A DNA stretch of 63,597 nt, filler included, from Octopus bimaculoides (GCF_001194135.2; 8 parts of 6 records of this genome joined end to end with filler, not necessarily neighbours in it), one strand, 5' to 3'. Shown: positions 1 through 12,977, numbered from the whole stretch's first letter. Translations and numbers: made by a program. The notes: generated from the letters alone by a model not told the origin.

Positions 1-24
1 TTAAGCCCCCATAGTTCACCACCA

Positions 25-99
25 CAACGACCACAAAATCAAAAATGTAAAAGAACTAAATGGAACCGGGAAGAATATAAGGAAGTAATATACGCTTAT
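25..99 (+). mobile_element. R4/Dong-like (RLE-clade) LINE N-terminal fragment
   Basis: Reads QRPQNQKCKRTKWNREEYKEVIYAY, like the KW(T/N)xEExxExxxxYY motif I recall at the N-terminus of R4/Dong ORFs. It runs directly into an (ATT)n tract. Confidence 0.4.
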
Positions 100-101
100 T
101 A

Positions 102-140
<39 letters not shown>
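97..140. repeat. (ATT)n microsatellite
   Basis: Near-perfect trinucleotide run. Confidence 0.9.
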
Positions 141-141
<1 letters not shown>

Positions 142-702
142 GGTGGCGAGCAAGCATTTGGTTTTAATGCTGGTACTCAAAGTGAATAAAGCTATCAACA
201 ATAGTGAGTTAAAACAATCTTTGGATAGAAAAAATCGAAGGCTGGCCGTTATTTTGAGTCATCGAAGAGATTGATAAGTGCCACGCTCGAAGGTCTCGGC
301 CGTTAAGTCACTCTGTAACATCTTGTCAATTAAAAATAATTAAAAGCATGTTTATATTCCTATACATCTATATATGTGTACAAATCACAGGCTAAACTTC
401 TGGAATATTTTATATACTTTTGAATGTTCCATTAACGTCTTTTAATTAAAATTTTTAATTAGTCGTATCTTTTTTTCTGGTTTTGTGAAGTTCGGCTTCT
501 CGACATTGGTAATGAGGCAGTTAGTTACATAACCAAGTAATTAAATAATGAAAGAGAATTACTCTAACATTATAGTTCCTGAGATTCCTCATTAGTTCAC
601 TGTAGACATTTTCTTTACCTTTTAATGTCTTCATTGGTTCTATGTTCACCATGCTTTTTCATATGTATGCGCAGGTCTGGACTGTATTTTTCTTATTTTT
701 CA

Positions 703-1100
703 GGAAAATTGGTATTTGTTGATGCATGCAAGACTTCCTTCTCTACGCCGACGATGTTTATCCCAAGGAGACGCGGCCGATTACTTGGGCCGATAGAGCC
801 CGGCACCAGTCTTCGTCGCAGATATTGTTCTCAGAACTTAAAGATCCGGAACTGAGCCCACAAAGCACTCGCCAAACATTCTAAAATTTCCGTCAATCCA
901 CCAGGAGAGGGCAAGATATATTTTTACAAAGACTGGTTGTTTCTCATACATGCAAGACTTCTTTCTCCACGCCAGCGATATATATCGAAGAGAAAGACCA
1001 ACGACTAAGATCTATAAAGCCTGGCACCACGATCGTTACAGACCTAGTTATCAGAGCTCAGTGAACCGTCGTAGATACCACATAGTATACAGCCCAATCC
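703..1100. repeat. Diverged ~225-bp tandem duplication, probably a decayed coding repeat of unknown family
   Basis: Units starting near 703 and 928 align (catgcaagact...cacgcc...gcc(c/t)ggcacca). Many differences fall at one codon position. Confidence 0.6.
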
Positions 1101-1308
1101 ACTTGGAATTGTTAGAGACGTGGGTATCATATCTTGTGGTTTTTTCCACTGACCCCAGAAAAGATGAAAAGCATAGTTGATCCTAATGGGAATTGAATTC
1201 AGAGAGTTAGGTATCGGAACAGTTTCTGAAAGACATTCTATTCAACGCTGTAACAACTCATTATCTATTAACCTCATTATCTATTAACCTCATTATCTAC
1301 GAACGTCA

Positions 1309-1500
1309 TAAGGTGATGTGCTAACAAAATCGTGAGCAGGTCGGACAAAATTTTATACGCCATTTCTTTCAGCTTTAAGTTCTGAGTTCAAATACAGCCA
1401 AGATACATTTTGACTTTCACCTTTTCGGAGTCGATGAAATAAGTACCAGTTGAACACTGGGAGATAACCAGCAAGCTCTTCCTCCAACATTATAGGACCT
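1309..1500 (+). mobile_element. tRNA-derived SINE, family B (decayed)
   Basis: Contains ctgagttcaaat...gactttcaccttttcggagtcgatgaaataagtaccag and matches 38960-39173 and 44578-44792. A second partial copy follows at ~1530-1675. Confidence 0.6.
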
Positions 1501-1689
1501 TTACCCATAGTAAAAAAGATTTAAAGAGTAGAGTTGTTAGAGGGTCGAACAAAAAATCTTGCAGCAGTTTTGTTTCTTCTTTTTACGTTCCATGTTTAAA
1601 TCCCACAGAGCTTAGGTTTGCCTTGCATTCCTCTAAGGTCGATAAAATTACATACCAGTCACATTCGCCGGTCCACAACTACATCCTGG

Positions 1690-1938
1690 TAACCAACCTT
1701 ACTCTTCGCAACTTGTGGTGTTTCCCAAGCTGAGGGAGTAGATGAAAAAGGCCATGACAAGGATCCAGGATACATTCAAAATAGAGGGCTTCCGTGGGAC
1801 TTTCACAAAGTGGCTGGAGCACTACAAGTTTATTGATGTCAGAGGATCCTGTTTCGAAGGAGATTAAAGTTTTGTACTTCTTTGAAATAAATAAATGTCG
1901 CTTCTGAAAAAGTCTCAAAACTTCTGGAATGCACTTTG
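1690..1938 (+). mobile_element. mariner transposase C-terminus and 3' end (decayed)
   Basis: Reads LWCFPKLR...FRGTFTKWLEHYKFIDVRGSCFEGD*, the typical mariner C-terminal CxxxxGxYFEG motif, followed by a TIR-like tail. Confidence 0.7.
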
Positions 1939-2214
1939 AATACTTCTAAAGTTAGCCATCGTATGACGGGTCACACTATAACTATTTCATATAATTGCTA
2001 CGCGCCCCCTTCACATGACTGTGAAATCTTATATGCTGATATTCATGGCAATCCTTTCTAAAGCATCTGGATGTTTTACTTGGATCCCAATCCCTTTTCT
2101 GCAACCGGATTCCGTGATATTTTCTTTCCTCTGTTTTATAAAAACACCCGGGAAAGTAGCCTTTAGTTTAAAGTTTTCTTGTAGTCCACCCAAACACATA
2201 CACGCTCGCACGCA

Positions 2215-2275
2215 CTTTCACATTGCGCATACATGCACACATCGTCTCATACACACACACACATATGTACGTACG

Positions 2276-2307
<32 letters not shown>

Positions 2308-2459
2308 CATACATGCATACATACATACATACATACATACATACATACATACACATATACACATATACGTTTAAACACAGACACAGTGTTTTATACCTGT
2401 ATACAACTTTGAGTCTTTGTGCTGTTTCGTGCGAGGTGCAACATACGAGTGTACATACC

Positions 2460-2505
<46 letters not shown>

Positions 2506-2951
2506 TGAATGAATTTGTGTCTGCAATTTTTGTGTGTGTATTTATTTGGCTTTATATGTTGTATATGTTGTACTTTTATGTATATCTTAAAGGTCACCGA
2601 CAGGAAATGTTGATGTATATATACATATACATATATTTATATATATATTGTGCGTGCGTGCGTGTATGTATGTATGTATNNNNNNNNNNNNNNNNNNNNN
2701 NNNNNNNNNNNNNNNNNNNNNNNNNNNNNNNNNNNNNNNNNNNNNNNNNNNNNNNNNNNNNNNNNNNNNNNNNNNNNNNNNNNNNNNNNNNNNNNNNNNN
2801 NNNNNNNNNNATATATATATATACATATATAAATATATATATACATACATGCATATATATAGACAGAGTGAGATGGAGAGGGAAATGTGCTTATATAAGC
2901 GTGAGTCTATATATGTGTGTACGTATGCCTGTGTTTGTGTGTGTGTATGCC

Positions 2952-2982
<31 letters not shown>

Positions 2983-3100
2983 TTGCGTGTGTGTATGTGT
3001 GTGTGTGTTTTTGTGTGTGTTTGTGAGTATAAATCTATATGTATCTGTGTCTACATGTACGTATTGGTATGTATAACTGCACACATGCATGCGTGCATGT
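2215..3100. repeat. Compound microsatellites (TA, TACA, TG) around an N gap
   Basis: Direct reading. These are the source of the HT/YI/VC-rich pseudo-ORFs. Confidence 0.9.
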
Positions 3101-4160
3101 ATGTACAGGCTAGTCTTTTCTCTTTTAGAAATTATCAAGATCCTGTGTACAAGTTATTTCAAAGCAAAAAAAGATAATAAAAACCTTAAAAAGAATTAAA
3201 AAAAAAAAAAACGAAAAAAAAAAAGGCAAGAAAAGAAATGAATAAAGAAGAAAGCAATTTTTGGTAATTTAATGAATTCCAAGCAGGAAGAATGCCAAAA
3301 TTGTAATTCTTTGATCTAAAAAATGGTAATGGAAGCGCTGCTTAATAAGCTTCCAATGTAATATTCCAAGGAAAGGCTTTTGGAATCGCAATTTCTTGGT
3401 GATTAGATTCTCAAGCATTATCGGCTATCTTTTCGTTTGTATACCCTGTATACCCTGGTGGAAAAGACTAATCAAAGACATTCTAAGCGTGACCATCCTG
3501 TCTTTTTTTTTATTTTCAGATATTGTAGATCTATGTGATTTTAACTAGTGTTTTTTAAACGGCAAGCGAGTTGTCCCACCTCCGTAGTTTCCTTACTGCT
3601 ACGACAGAGTGTGCGGCTGAAAAACTTCGACTCGTGGTCTTTCTGTTACTCAGTGTGGTCCAGTAAATCGTAAAGGTTGTTCATGTAGCTAATACTTCAC
3701 TACTTTAAAGCAGTAGCAAGCTGGCAGAGTTATTAGAACGCCGGACAAAATTCTTTGTGACGTTTCGTCCGTCTTTACANNNNNNNNNNNNNNNNNNNNN
3801 NNNNNNNNNNNNNNNNNNNNNNNNNNNNNNNNNNNNNNNNNNNNNNNNNNNNNNNNNNNNNNNNNNNNNNNNNNNNNNNNNNNNNNNNNNNNNNNNNNNN
3901 NNNNNNNNNNNNNNNNNNNNNNNNNNNNNNNNNNNNNNNNNNNNNNNNNNNNNNNNNNNNNNNNNNNNNNNNNNNNNNNNNNNNNNNNNNNNNNNNNNNN
4001 NNNNNNNNNNNNNNNNNNNNNNNNNNNNNNNNNNNNNNNNNNNNNNNNNNNNNNNNNNNNNNNNNNNNNNNNNNNNNNNNNNNNNNNNNNNNNNNNNNNN
4101 NNNNNNNNNNNNNNNNNNNNNNNNNNNNNNNNNNNNNNNTAACAAAATATACAAGTATTT

Positions 4161-4379
4161 TAAATTCAAATTACGATAAACGTAAACAAACAAACGAAGT
4201 TTGCTTTTAGAACCGTTGAGATGTCTTAGAAAGTTAAAGAAGTGATTTTTAAATTCTATATTATTAGCATTATCCTGCGTTTGAGAATTTAAAATCACTT
4301 CTTTAACTTTCTTAGACATCTCAACGGTTCTAAAAGCAAACTTCGTTTGTTTGTTTACGTTCATCGTAATTTGAATTTA
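4161..4379. repeat. Fold-back inverted repeat, ~97-bp arms and 26-bp spacer
   Basis: 4161-4257 is the near-exact reverse complement of 4284-4379. Confidence 0.9.
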
Positions 4380-4446
4380 ACTTTTAATAGCGTCTCATAA
4401 AGCGAGATTTCTATATATCTTAAATTTGCAGAGAGGTGTGTGGTGT

Positions 4447-4528
4447 GGGCAGTTTAGCTTAATCGGTCTAAGAGCACCGCGACGCGTAATCACGGAGGTG
4501 TGAGTTCCAGACGCATAGCTGGCCGCCA
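4447..4528 (+). pseudogene. Degenerate tRNA-like cloverleaf (anticodon CGT, Thr-like)
   Basis: Acceptor stem GGGCAGTT/AGCTGGCC, D stem GCTT/GAGC, anticodon loop CGCGTAA, T arm GTGAG-TTCCAGA-CGCAT, and a T6 terminator at 4533-4538. Each stem has mismatches. Confidence 0.55.
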
Positions 4529-5353
4529 ACACTTTTTTCTGCAAATTAGGGGAAGCTTATCCTGTTCAGGCTATATTATTAGCATACAAGTATTTGTCTA
4601 GAGTGAGATCTACTCCCCTATTAAAGAATAGAAATGAAAATTAAAAATGCAGACGGACAGAAACGATGAGGCGAGGTATCTGTATATGTAAAAACAAAAA
4701 CAAAAAAAACGAGAAAAATAGAGTGAGAGTGGGGGGGGGGTCGGTTCAATTCAGAAAAAATGGGCAAAAGTAAAACCGTGCAAACCGAGCATCGTATAAA
4801 TCGGGGCATCAATGTTTTTACAAGTGGAGCAACGTAACATAGTCTTTAAAACAATCTCAAGACAGACACGAAATCGTCTTCTTACAAAGTTTATTTTAAA
4901 ACTCAGTGAAATAGAATAAGAAGAAACTAAATACTGGTAGTAAGAACAAAACAAAATAACGAATTAAATATTTCCAAAATGGTGTCAGCACTTGGATGCA
5001 ATTCAACGAATAAAAGATATGTAACTGTATGCTATTTGCCAACATCATGATATTTTGTAGAGAGCAATAGATATATTTTGGTATCTTTTGAACAAAGTGT
5101 AGCAATCGCATATACGGATAATACATAATACTAGACGATAATGGCATTAATACATACATATATGCATATACTATATATCTTCATTATACAATATTTCGGC
5201 CACATATGAGGTATTTGCTATCGTATTATTGTAAACTTTATTTAATAATCTTCTTGTAATTTCATTTATGAATGTATAAATCCTTATATAAATATGTGTA
5301 TATTTGTGTGTATGTATGTTTCTCTCTCTCCCACTCTCTCTCTCTCTCTCTCC

Positions 5354-5390
<37 letters not shown>

Positions 5391-5616
5391 TGTGTGTGTG
5401 TGTACGCACGTATGTATGTACTTATGTACGTATGTATGTATGTATGCATGTAAGTATGCAATATACATGCATATACGTACACATATAAGTGTCTATATGT
5501 GTGTGTTTGTGTGTATATATATGTATATATATATTATATATATGTATGTATACGCATATATATTTTATATTGTATATATATATAACATTATATATCTTAT
5601 ATATGTATATATCATA

Positions 5617-5650
<34 letters not shown>

Positions 5651-6124
5651 NNNNNNNNNNNNNNNNNNNNNNNNNNNNNNNNNNNNNNNNNNNNNNNNNN
5701 NNNNNNNNNNNNNNNNNNNNNNNNNNNNNNNNNNNNNNNNNNNNNNNNNNNNNNNNNNNNNNNNNNNNNNNNNNNNNNNNNNNNNNNNNNNNNNNNNNNN
5801 NNNNNNNNNNNNNNNNNNNNNNNNNNNNNNNNNNNNNNNNNNNNNNNNNNNNNNNNNNNNNNNNNNNNNNNNNNNNNNNNNNNNNNNNNNNNNNNNNNNN
5901 NNNNNNNNNNNNNNNNNNNNNNNNNNNNNNNNNNNNNNNNNNNNNNNNNNNNNNNNNNNNNNNNNNNNNNNNNNNNNNNNNNNNNNNNNNNNNNNNNNNN
6001 NNNNNNNNNNNNNNNNNNNNNNNNNNNNNNNNNNNNNNNNNNNNNNNNNNNNNNNNNNNNNNNNNNNNNNNNNNNNNNNNNNNNNNNNNNNNNNNNNNNN
6101 NNNNNNNNNNNNNNNNNNNNNNNN

Positions 6125-6163
<39 letters not shown>

Positions 6164-6239
6164 GTGTGTATAACATATCTATATAATCATGTATGTGTAT
6201 ATACTTATACATACATATATTTATACATAGGTACATGTG

Positions 6240-6362
6240 TATGATTGTAGTATGTTAGAGAATGAGAAAAGGAGAAAAGGAGGGGAAAATACAAAAACAA
6301 CCCTCCATACACACACAAAGCACACACATGCACATCCTTACACTCACACACAAAATATCAGC

Positions 6363-6422
<60 letters not shown>

Positions 6423-7022
6423 GTAGGTAGATAGATAGATAATGATAATAAAACGTTTAGAAATAAATAAACAAAAGAACGTGACATACGAAATACATGT
6501 CTGCGTGTATACAGAGCACCAAAGAAAGCGAGGAAATGTGAAAGTAAGAGAGAATAACAAGGAGAGAAAAAGGGGTGTTAATGAGAGGCTGAGAGAGAGA
6601 GACGAAATATAAGGGAACTTAGATATACAAGAGAAAAGAGAGAGGGGGGGGAGAGAGAAAGAGAATAGCAAACGAGTGTGTTTATGTCAGAGAGAGTGTG
6701 AGATGTTTGTGAGTGATACACAGAGAAATGACAGAGAGAGAAAGAGAGACAGACGGAGACGGACGGACAGACAGAAAGGGAGAGAGAGAGAGATAAATAG
6801 ATATAGAAAGGGAAAGAGAGAGAGACAGAGACAGAGAAAGGGAGAGAGAGAGAGAGTGTGAGACAGACATACATATTGAGGAAGAGAGAGAGAGAGACAG
6901 AGAGAGAGACAGAGAGAGAGAGAGACAGAGAGAGACAGACAGAGACAGACAGAGAGACAGAGAGAGACAGAGAGACAGAGAGACAGAGAGACAGAGAGAG
7001 AGAGAGAGACAGACAGAGAGAC

Positions 7023-7059
<37 letters not shown>

Positions 7060-7312
7060 GAGAGAGACAGACAAAGGGAGAGACAGACAAAGAGAGAGAC
7101 AGACAGAGAGAGACAGAGAGCGGAGTGTAATAAAATTGTGAGAGAAATAACGAGTGGCATGTAAAGGAGAATAGCAAAGGAAGAGTTGTGACAATGAAAG
7201 GGAGCGGATGAGTAACAACTGAGAGGAAGGAGTAGCAACAGAGTAAGATAAGCGAGAGAGAGAGAGAGAGAGAAAGAGAGGGGAGGAGAGAGAGAGAAAG
7301 AGAGACGGGAAG

Positions 7313-7353
<41 letters not shown>

Positions 7354-7474
7354 AGAGAGAGGGTCGTAAGGCAGAAAATGTTTGTGAGTGGTGAATGGGA
7401 GGGCAGGTGGTGACAGAAGAGCAAATTGCATAGAAAAAGAGGGAAATGCGACAGAGAAATAGAGATAGATAGAC

Positions 7475-7508
<34 letters not shown>

Positions 7509-7570
7509 GTAGATAGATAGATAGATAGAAATGGATAAGAAAGAAAGAAACAAACAAACAAACAAACAAA
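6240..7570. repeat. Polypurine microsatellite block: (GATA)n, (GA)n, (GACA)n, (CAAA)n
   Basis: Direct reading. Confidence 0.9.
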
Positions 7571-7910
7571 GAAAAGAAGATAGAGGTTATGGTAAAACTT
7601 TGAAAAACAAGCTCGTGACGGCGATTGCTGCCCCGTATTGAGACGTATCCCACCCTCACAAACAACATATCGTATCTTAAAGAATGTAATTAAATCAGTC
7701 ATAACACAATTACGCGTCAACTGCCATTTTGTTTGGCGTACAGTATTATTGGCAGGAAAATAACATCTCACCTCCATTTTCTGTCGTTTAGCAAGTTTTC
7801 GTTAAACCACATGCAAACCGCATGCAATACGCATGTCTATGCTTACACAAACACACAAACACACAAATGCATACATACATATGTGCAAACTTCTACAAAT
7901 AGACATATAA

Positions 7911-7960
<50 letters not shown>

Positions 7961-8004
7961 NNNNNNNNNNNNNNNNNNNNNNNNNNNNNNNNNNNNNNNN
8001 NNNN

Positions 8005-8016
8005 TTAATTAATTAA
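8005..8016. other. Artificial scaffold spacer TTAATTAATTAA (also at 15260, 34568, 42427, 48690, 54486, 62326)
   Basis: The identical 12-mer, with stops in all frames, sits centred in 100-bp N placeholders (44 N + 12 + 44 N). Confidence 0.9.
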
Positions 8017-8060
8017 NNNNNNNNNNNNNNNNNNNNNNNNNNNNNNNNNNNNNNNNNNNN

Positions 8061-8093
<33 letters not shown>

Positions 8094-8411
8094 CGTACAT
8101 AGATATATTTACCAATATATGTGTGTGTGTATTGTGTGTGCATGGACACACCCATGCTTACATATGACAGCGGACTCACCAACATTAGAAATCACAGACA
8201 AAGGCGGACGCACATACAAACACATGCATAGTCACACACACACACACCCACAAACACAGATATACTCACACGTGCGCGTGCAGAGTTAGATAGATATATA
8301 TGTGTCAGAAAGCAAATCGAAATACGACAAATATACATACATACGCACACACATATATGTATGTGTATATAATATATATACATATATATATACATTTGTA
8401 TGTAAGTATGT

Positions 8412-8449
<38 letters not shown>

Positions 8450-8942
8450 NNNNNNNNNNNNNNNNNNNNNNNNNNNNNNNNNNNNNNNNNNNNNNNNNNN
8501 NNNNNNNNNNNNNNNNNNNNNNNNNNNNNNNNNNNNNNNNNNNNNNNNNNNNNNNNNNNNNNNNNNNNNNNNNNNNNNNNNNNNNNNNNNNNNNNNNNNN
8601 NNNNNNNNNNNNNNNNNNNNNNNNNNNNNNNNNNNNNNNNNNNNNNNNNNNNNNNNNNNNNNNNNNNNNNNNNNNNNNNNNNNNNNNNNNNNNNNNNNNN
8701 NNNNNNNNNNNNNNNNNNNNNNNNNNNNNNNNNNNNNNNNNNNNNNNNNNNNNNNNNNNNNNNNNNNNNNNNNNNNNNNNNNNNNNNNNNNNNNNNNNNN
8801 NNNNNNNNNNNNNNNNNNNNNNNNNNNNNNNNNNNNNNNNNNNNNNNNNNNNNNNNNNNNNNNNNNNNNNNNNNNNNNNNNNNNNNNNNNNNNNNNNNNN
8901 NNNNNNNNNNNNNNNNNNNNNNNNNNNNNNNNNNNNNNNNNN

Positions 8943-9001
<59 letters not shown>

Positions 9002-10470
9002 ATATGTATATATATATATATTTACATGTATATTGATATAGATACATATATATGCATGTGTATATATATATATATATATGTGTGTATACTTATATTCATA
9101 TACATATATATGTAAAACATATACATAGATATATATACATATCCATCTATTGATTTATATATATATATATATATATATATACATACACACACGCATGATT
9201 TTCTTTTATATCCGTTTTTTGTTATTTGTGCGCGTGCACATGTCCGTGTGTCTCTCTGTCTTTGTTTGTGTATGTGTCTTGTGTGTGTGTGTATGTGTGT
9301 GTGCGTGTTTACATTTCTGTAAGAATTGTAACACGTCGCAGGTCAGCAGTCAGTTTCCATCCCTCGTTTGTTTGCAATGTTTTTCTTCCTCTCCTGTCTC
9401 CACAACAATAAACAACAATTATTAACCATTGTGGTTTTTATCTATATCATTGAGCCGGTCATTTAAGATGACATACGATTAGATACGATCATTTAACACA
9501 CAGCTGATCTTTGATCCGGTAAATCGCCTAATAGGAACATAAATATCACAACGTCAGCGTCGACAACATCGCCAAGAAAGAAGCTTTCTTATTTGCGTCA
9601 AAAAATGTTGTGTCCTCATTTTTGCTGTCAGCACATCGACGTTAGTGGTGTTGTATCAAGTTGTAGTATCATCTTTCACCTTGCTCCCACTCAAATCTAT
9701 TGTTTTACATCGTTAATTCTTTGCTGTAATCAGTTCTATTTTAATGGTTTTTTCTAAAGAGACAAACTTGTTATTGATAACTGACCACGTCATGAACCGC
9801 GTCACTAATTCACGGTCGATGATGTCTTTCCACGCAGAGAGTGGCACATCTTATTTTTAGTAACCGTATCCCTGTCAACGAAGATGGCTCGCTGGCTGGT
9901 TGGCTGGCTGGTACAGTCGTTAGCAAGTTGGATAAAATCATTTACATTACGAGTTCAACTCCCGTCGAGGTTAATTTTGCCTTTTATTGGGGTGGATTGA
10001 ATAAATACTTGGGGTGATGCAATCGACATAAGTGCTTGATCTTCCCTTCAAAATTGCTTGTGATGACCCTTGCAACTGGTAGACCTCCTGTTCAGAGGGA
10101 GTGTTGTGTTTCCGGTCACTTGTTGCAGGATCTGTGTAACCGGCCATATGAATCTTAGGGCTCAAGAAAAATTAGGAAAAATCTGGCCTATGCTCGGTTT
10201 TAAATTGACCAAGCAAATTACAATATTGTGGCCCGCGTGGCCGATAACTGTTATTGTAGATATCTTAAGCAATCATTATCCTTTGAACTAGTAAATACTT
10301 AGATACAATCTAGATGACATGGTTCGGTTTCTCCAAGTCTCTACACTAGAAACATTAATATTATATATATAGAAACAGATAAAAGAGAATTCAGCCAAGT
10401 TTAGATATAAAATATATCTGAATGAAATACATCAGACAGATTACACCGATATACAGAACTTACCCTGTGC

Positions 10471-11110
10471 AGACAATTCGCCGACAGACAATTCGTCGAC
10501 AGACAATTCGTCGACAGACAATTCGTCGAGAGACAAATCGATGACAGGCAATTCGTCGACAGATAATTGGCCGACAGACAATTCGACAGCAGAAAATTCG
10601 ACGACAGACAATTCGTTGACAGACAATTCGCTGACAGGCAATTCGTCGACAGACAATTCGANNNNNNNNNNNNNNNNNNNNNNNNNNNNNNNNNNNNNNN
10701 NNNNNNNNNNNNNNNNNNNNNNNNNNNNNNNNNNNNNNNNNNNNNNNNNNNNNNNNNNNNNNNNNNNNNNNNNNNNNNNNNNNNNNNNNNNNNNNNNNNN
10801 NNNNNNNNNNNNACAATTCGTCGACAGACAATTCGTCGAGAGACAAATCGATGACAGGCAATTCGTCGACAGATAATTGGCCGACAGACAATTCGACAGC
10901 AGAAAATTCGACGACAGACAATTCGTTGACAGACAATTCGCTGACAGGCAATTCGTCGACAGACAATTCGACAACAGACAATTCTTCAACAGACAATTCG
11001 ACGACAGACTATTCGACAACAGACGATTCGTCGATAGACAATTCAACGACAGACAATTCAACGACAGACAACCCGTCGACAGACAATTCGATGACAGACA
11101 ATTTGCTGTC
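10471..11110. repeat. 15-bp minisatellite, consensus AGACAATTCGTCGAC
   Basis: About 30 visible units either side of an N gap. 10503-10661 is repeated exactly at 10813-10971. Confidence 0.95.
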
Positions 11111-11122
11111 ATATATATAAAT

Positions 11123-11160
<38 letters not shown>

Positions 11161-12767
11161 CGTTTTTAGAAAACAAATCCGAAAGAAGATGCACACTCTA
11201 AGATGCAGAGCAATATATTTTAAATCTGGGGAAGACCGGTTTATGGAATTACCTTAGGTTTTCCTTCCATAATACGTTTACTTTTATAGTGTATCGTCAG
11301 ATCCTCAAAACCTGTTGACTTTATATGTACAGATAGATAGAGAGAGAAGGAGTGAGGGGGAGTGAGAGGGAGAGACAGAAAGAGAGGTAGAGAAGGAGAG
11401 AAAGATTAAGAGAGAGAGAGTGAGAGAGAGAAAGAGCGATGGTTAGATTGCTAGATAGATAAATAAATGCGTCTGTGATTGTCCTCCATTACACTCCTTA
11501 GCAACCGGTATTTGTGTGTTTAAGTCTCTGTAGCTAAGCTGTTTGGCAAAAGAGACCGATAGAAAGAGTACCAGGCTGTACTCTAATGATTGAAACATGA
11601 AATAAAAGATAAAAGATTGGCGATACTTTATATCTGTGTTGAGAGAATTAGAAGTGTATACTCTTAATTCTCTGCTGGGAATATAACACTGAATTTTATA
11701 TGAATAATCCGTAAACGGATATTTTGGCTTTATATCCAATTCCATGTTGAACGTTCAGAGAATACAAGCAGCACTTAAAATGCTTCGTGTCTCAAGCATT
11801 CTTTAAACTTGTTGGAGAATTGGGTTGCGTTCGGTTTAAGGAGAATCTTTTATCTAAAATTCTCTTAAAATTCTCAGCACTTCACTGCATAAAAAGTTTC
11901 TGTGATCTCAACCTGCAGTTGTTCTTTAAGATATATGTTATGGAGCAGACTTTCAGCATTAAATCGGTATTATCTATAACACACGTAAGCACACATATAT
12001 ATATGCACACATACGTGCAAACACACAAGCGCACACACACACGAGCGCGCATATACATACATTCAACATGTGTTCATATACAACTCTATTCGAATGTCTG
12101 AACACACTCTGAAGAAATAAACGTTTTATAGTGTAATTACGGATGGAAATAAAAACATAAAAGACGTTTTTCATAAACTTCATAAGTAACTTGAGAACAC
12201 TTCACAAGAGTACGAATAGGTCACAGAATCTATATTATAACAATCTATATTATAACAATCTATATTATAAAACTAACAATCTATATTATAATGAAGAAAT
12301 CTACTTATTAATTAGTTAGGCATATGTAACTTTTACTAAAAAGAAGCCATTATTAAAGTCTACACCGTCTAGAATATTCTTAAAATTTCCAATTTGAATG
12401 CTTCCTTTTATAAGAATGTGGTTTTCGAAGTGTTTTTATTATTGAAGATTTCACCTACACGACCCAGTCAGATAACCAATTTTAGTTCACTTCAAGACAG
12501 ACATCTTGCACTGCAAGTATGTATATTTTGATAGTCGTGTTTATAGTTCGTCTACAAATATAAAACTCCCCCAAATAAGTTGATCCCTGCTTTCTACAAG
12601 CATATCAATAGAACATATTTTCTCAAATTATAATTTTAGTCCAGCATCTGCCAAATAATACTGATTCCATTTTCGGTTCATATTTTCATATTTGTTGAAT
12701 GAGTTTGAAGAAGTCGAAAGCCGAAGAAAAAAATGATTTTCATTTACCAAACATAATTTTGTGTATC

Positions 12768-12930
12768 CAGGAGTGGCTGTGTGGTAAGTAGCTTGCTCAC
12801 CAACCACATGGTTTCGGGTTCAGTCCCACTACGTGGCACCTTGAGCAAGTGTCTTCTAATATAGCCTCGGGCCGACCAAAGCCTTGTGAGTGGATTTGGT
12901 AGACGGAAACTGAAAGAAGCCCGTCGTATA

Positions 12931-12977
<47 letters not shown>

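Noticed and set aside
735-760. LLYADD as a reverse transcriptase active site
   Set aside because: No other RT motifs flank it and the paralogous unit reads LHASD. Kept only as part of the unidentified repeat finding.
2168-9425. Numerous long ORFs rich in YI, HT, VC, SL and ER repeats or X runs
   Set aside because: These are translations of (TA)n, (CA)n, (GA)n microsatellites and N gaps, not genes. The same applies to such ORFs throughout the window.
10471-11110. Minisatellite as a CRISPR array or an antifreeze/ice-nucleation-like gene
   Set aside because: Units are contiguous with no unique spacers and no cas genes. Open frames follow automatically from the 15-bp period.
12105-12135. Further CTGANGA hammerhead-like hits (also 11290, 36600, 43268, 46263)
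   Set aside because: Each lacks stem I, stem II or the GAAA partner.
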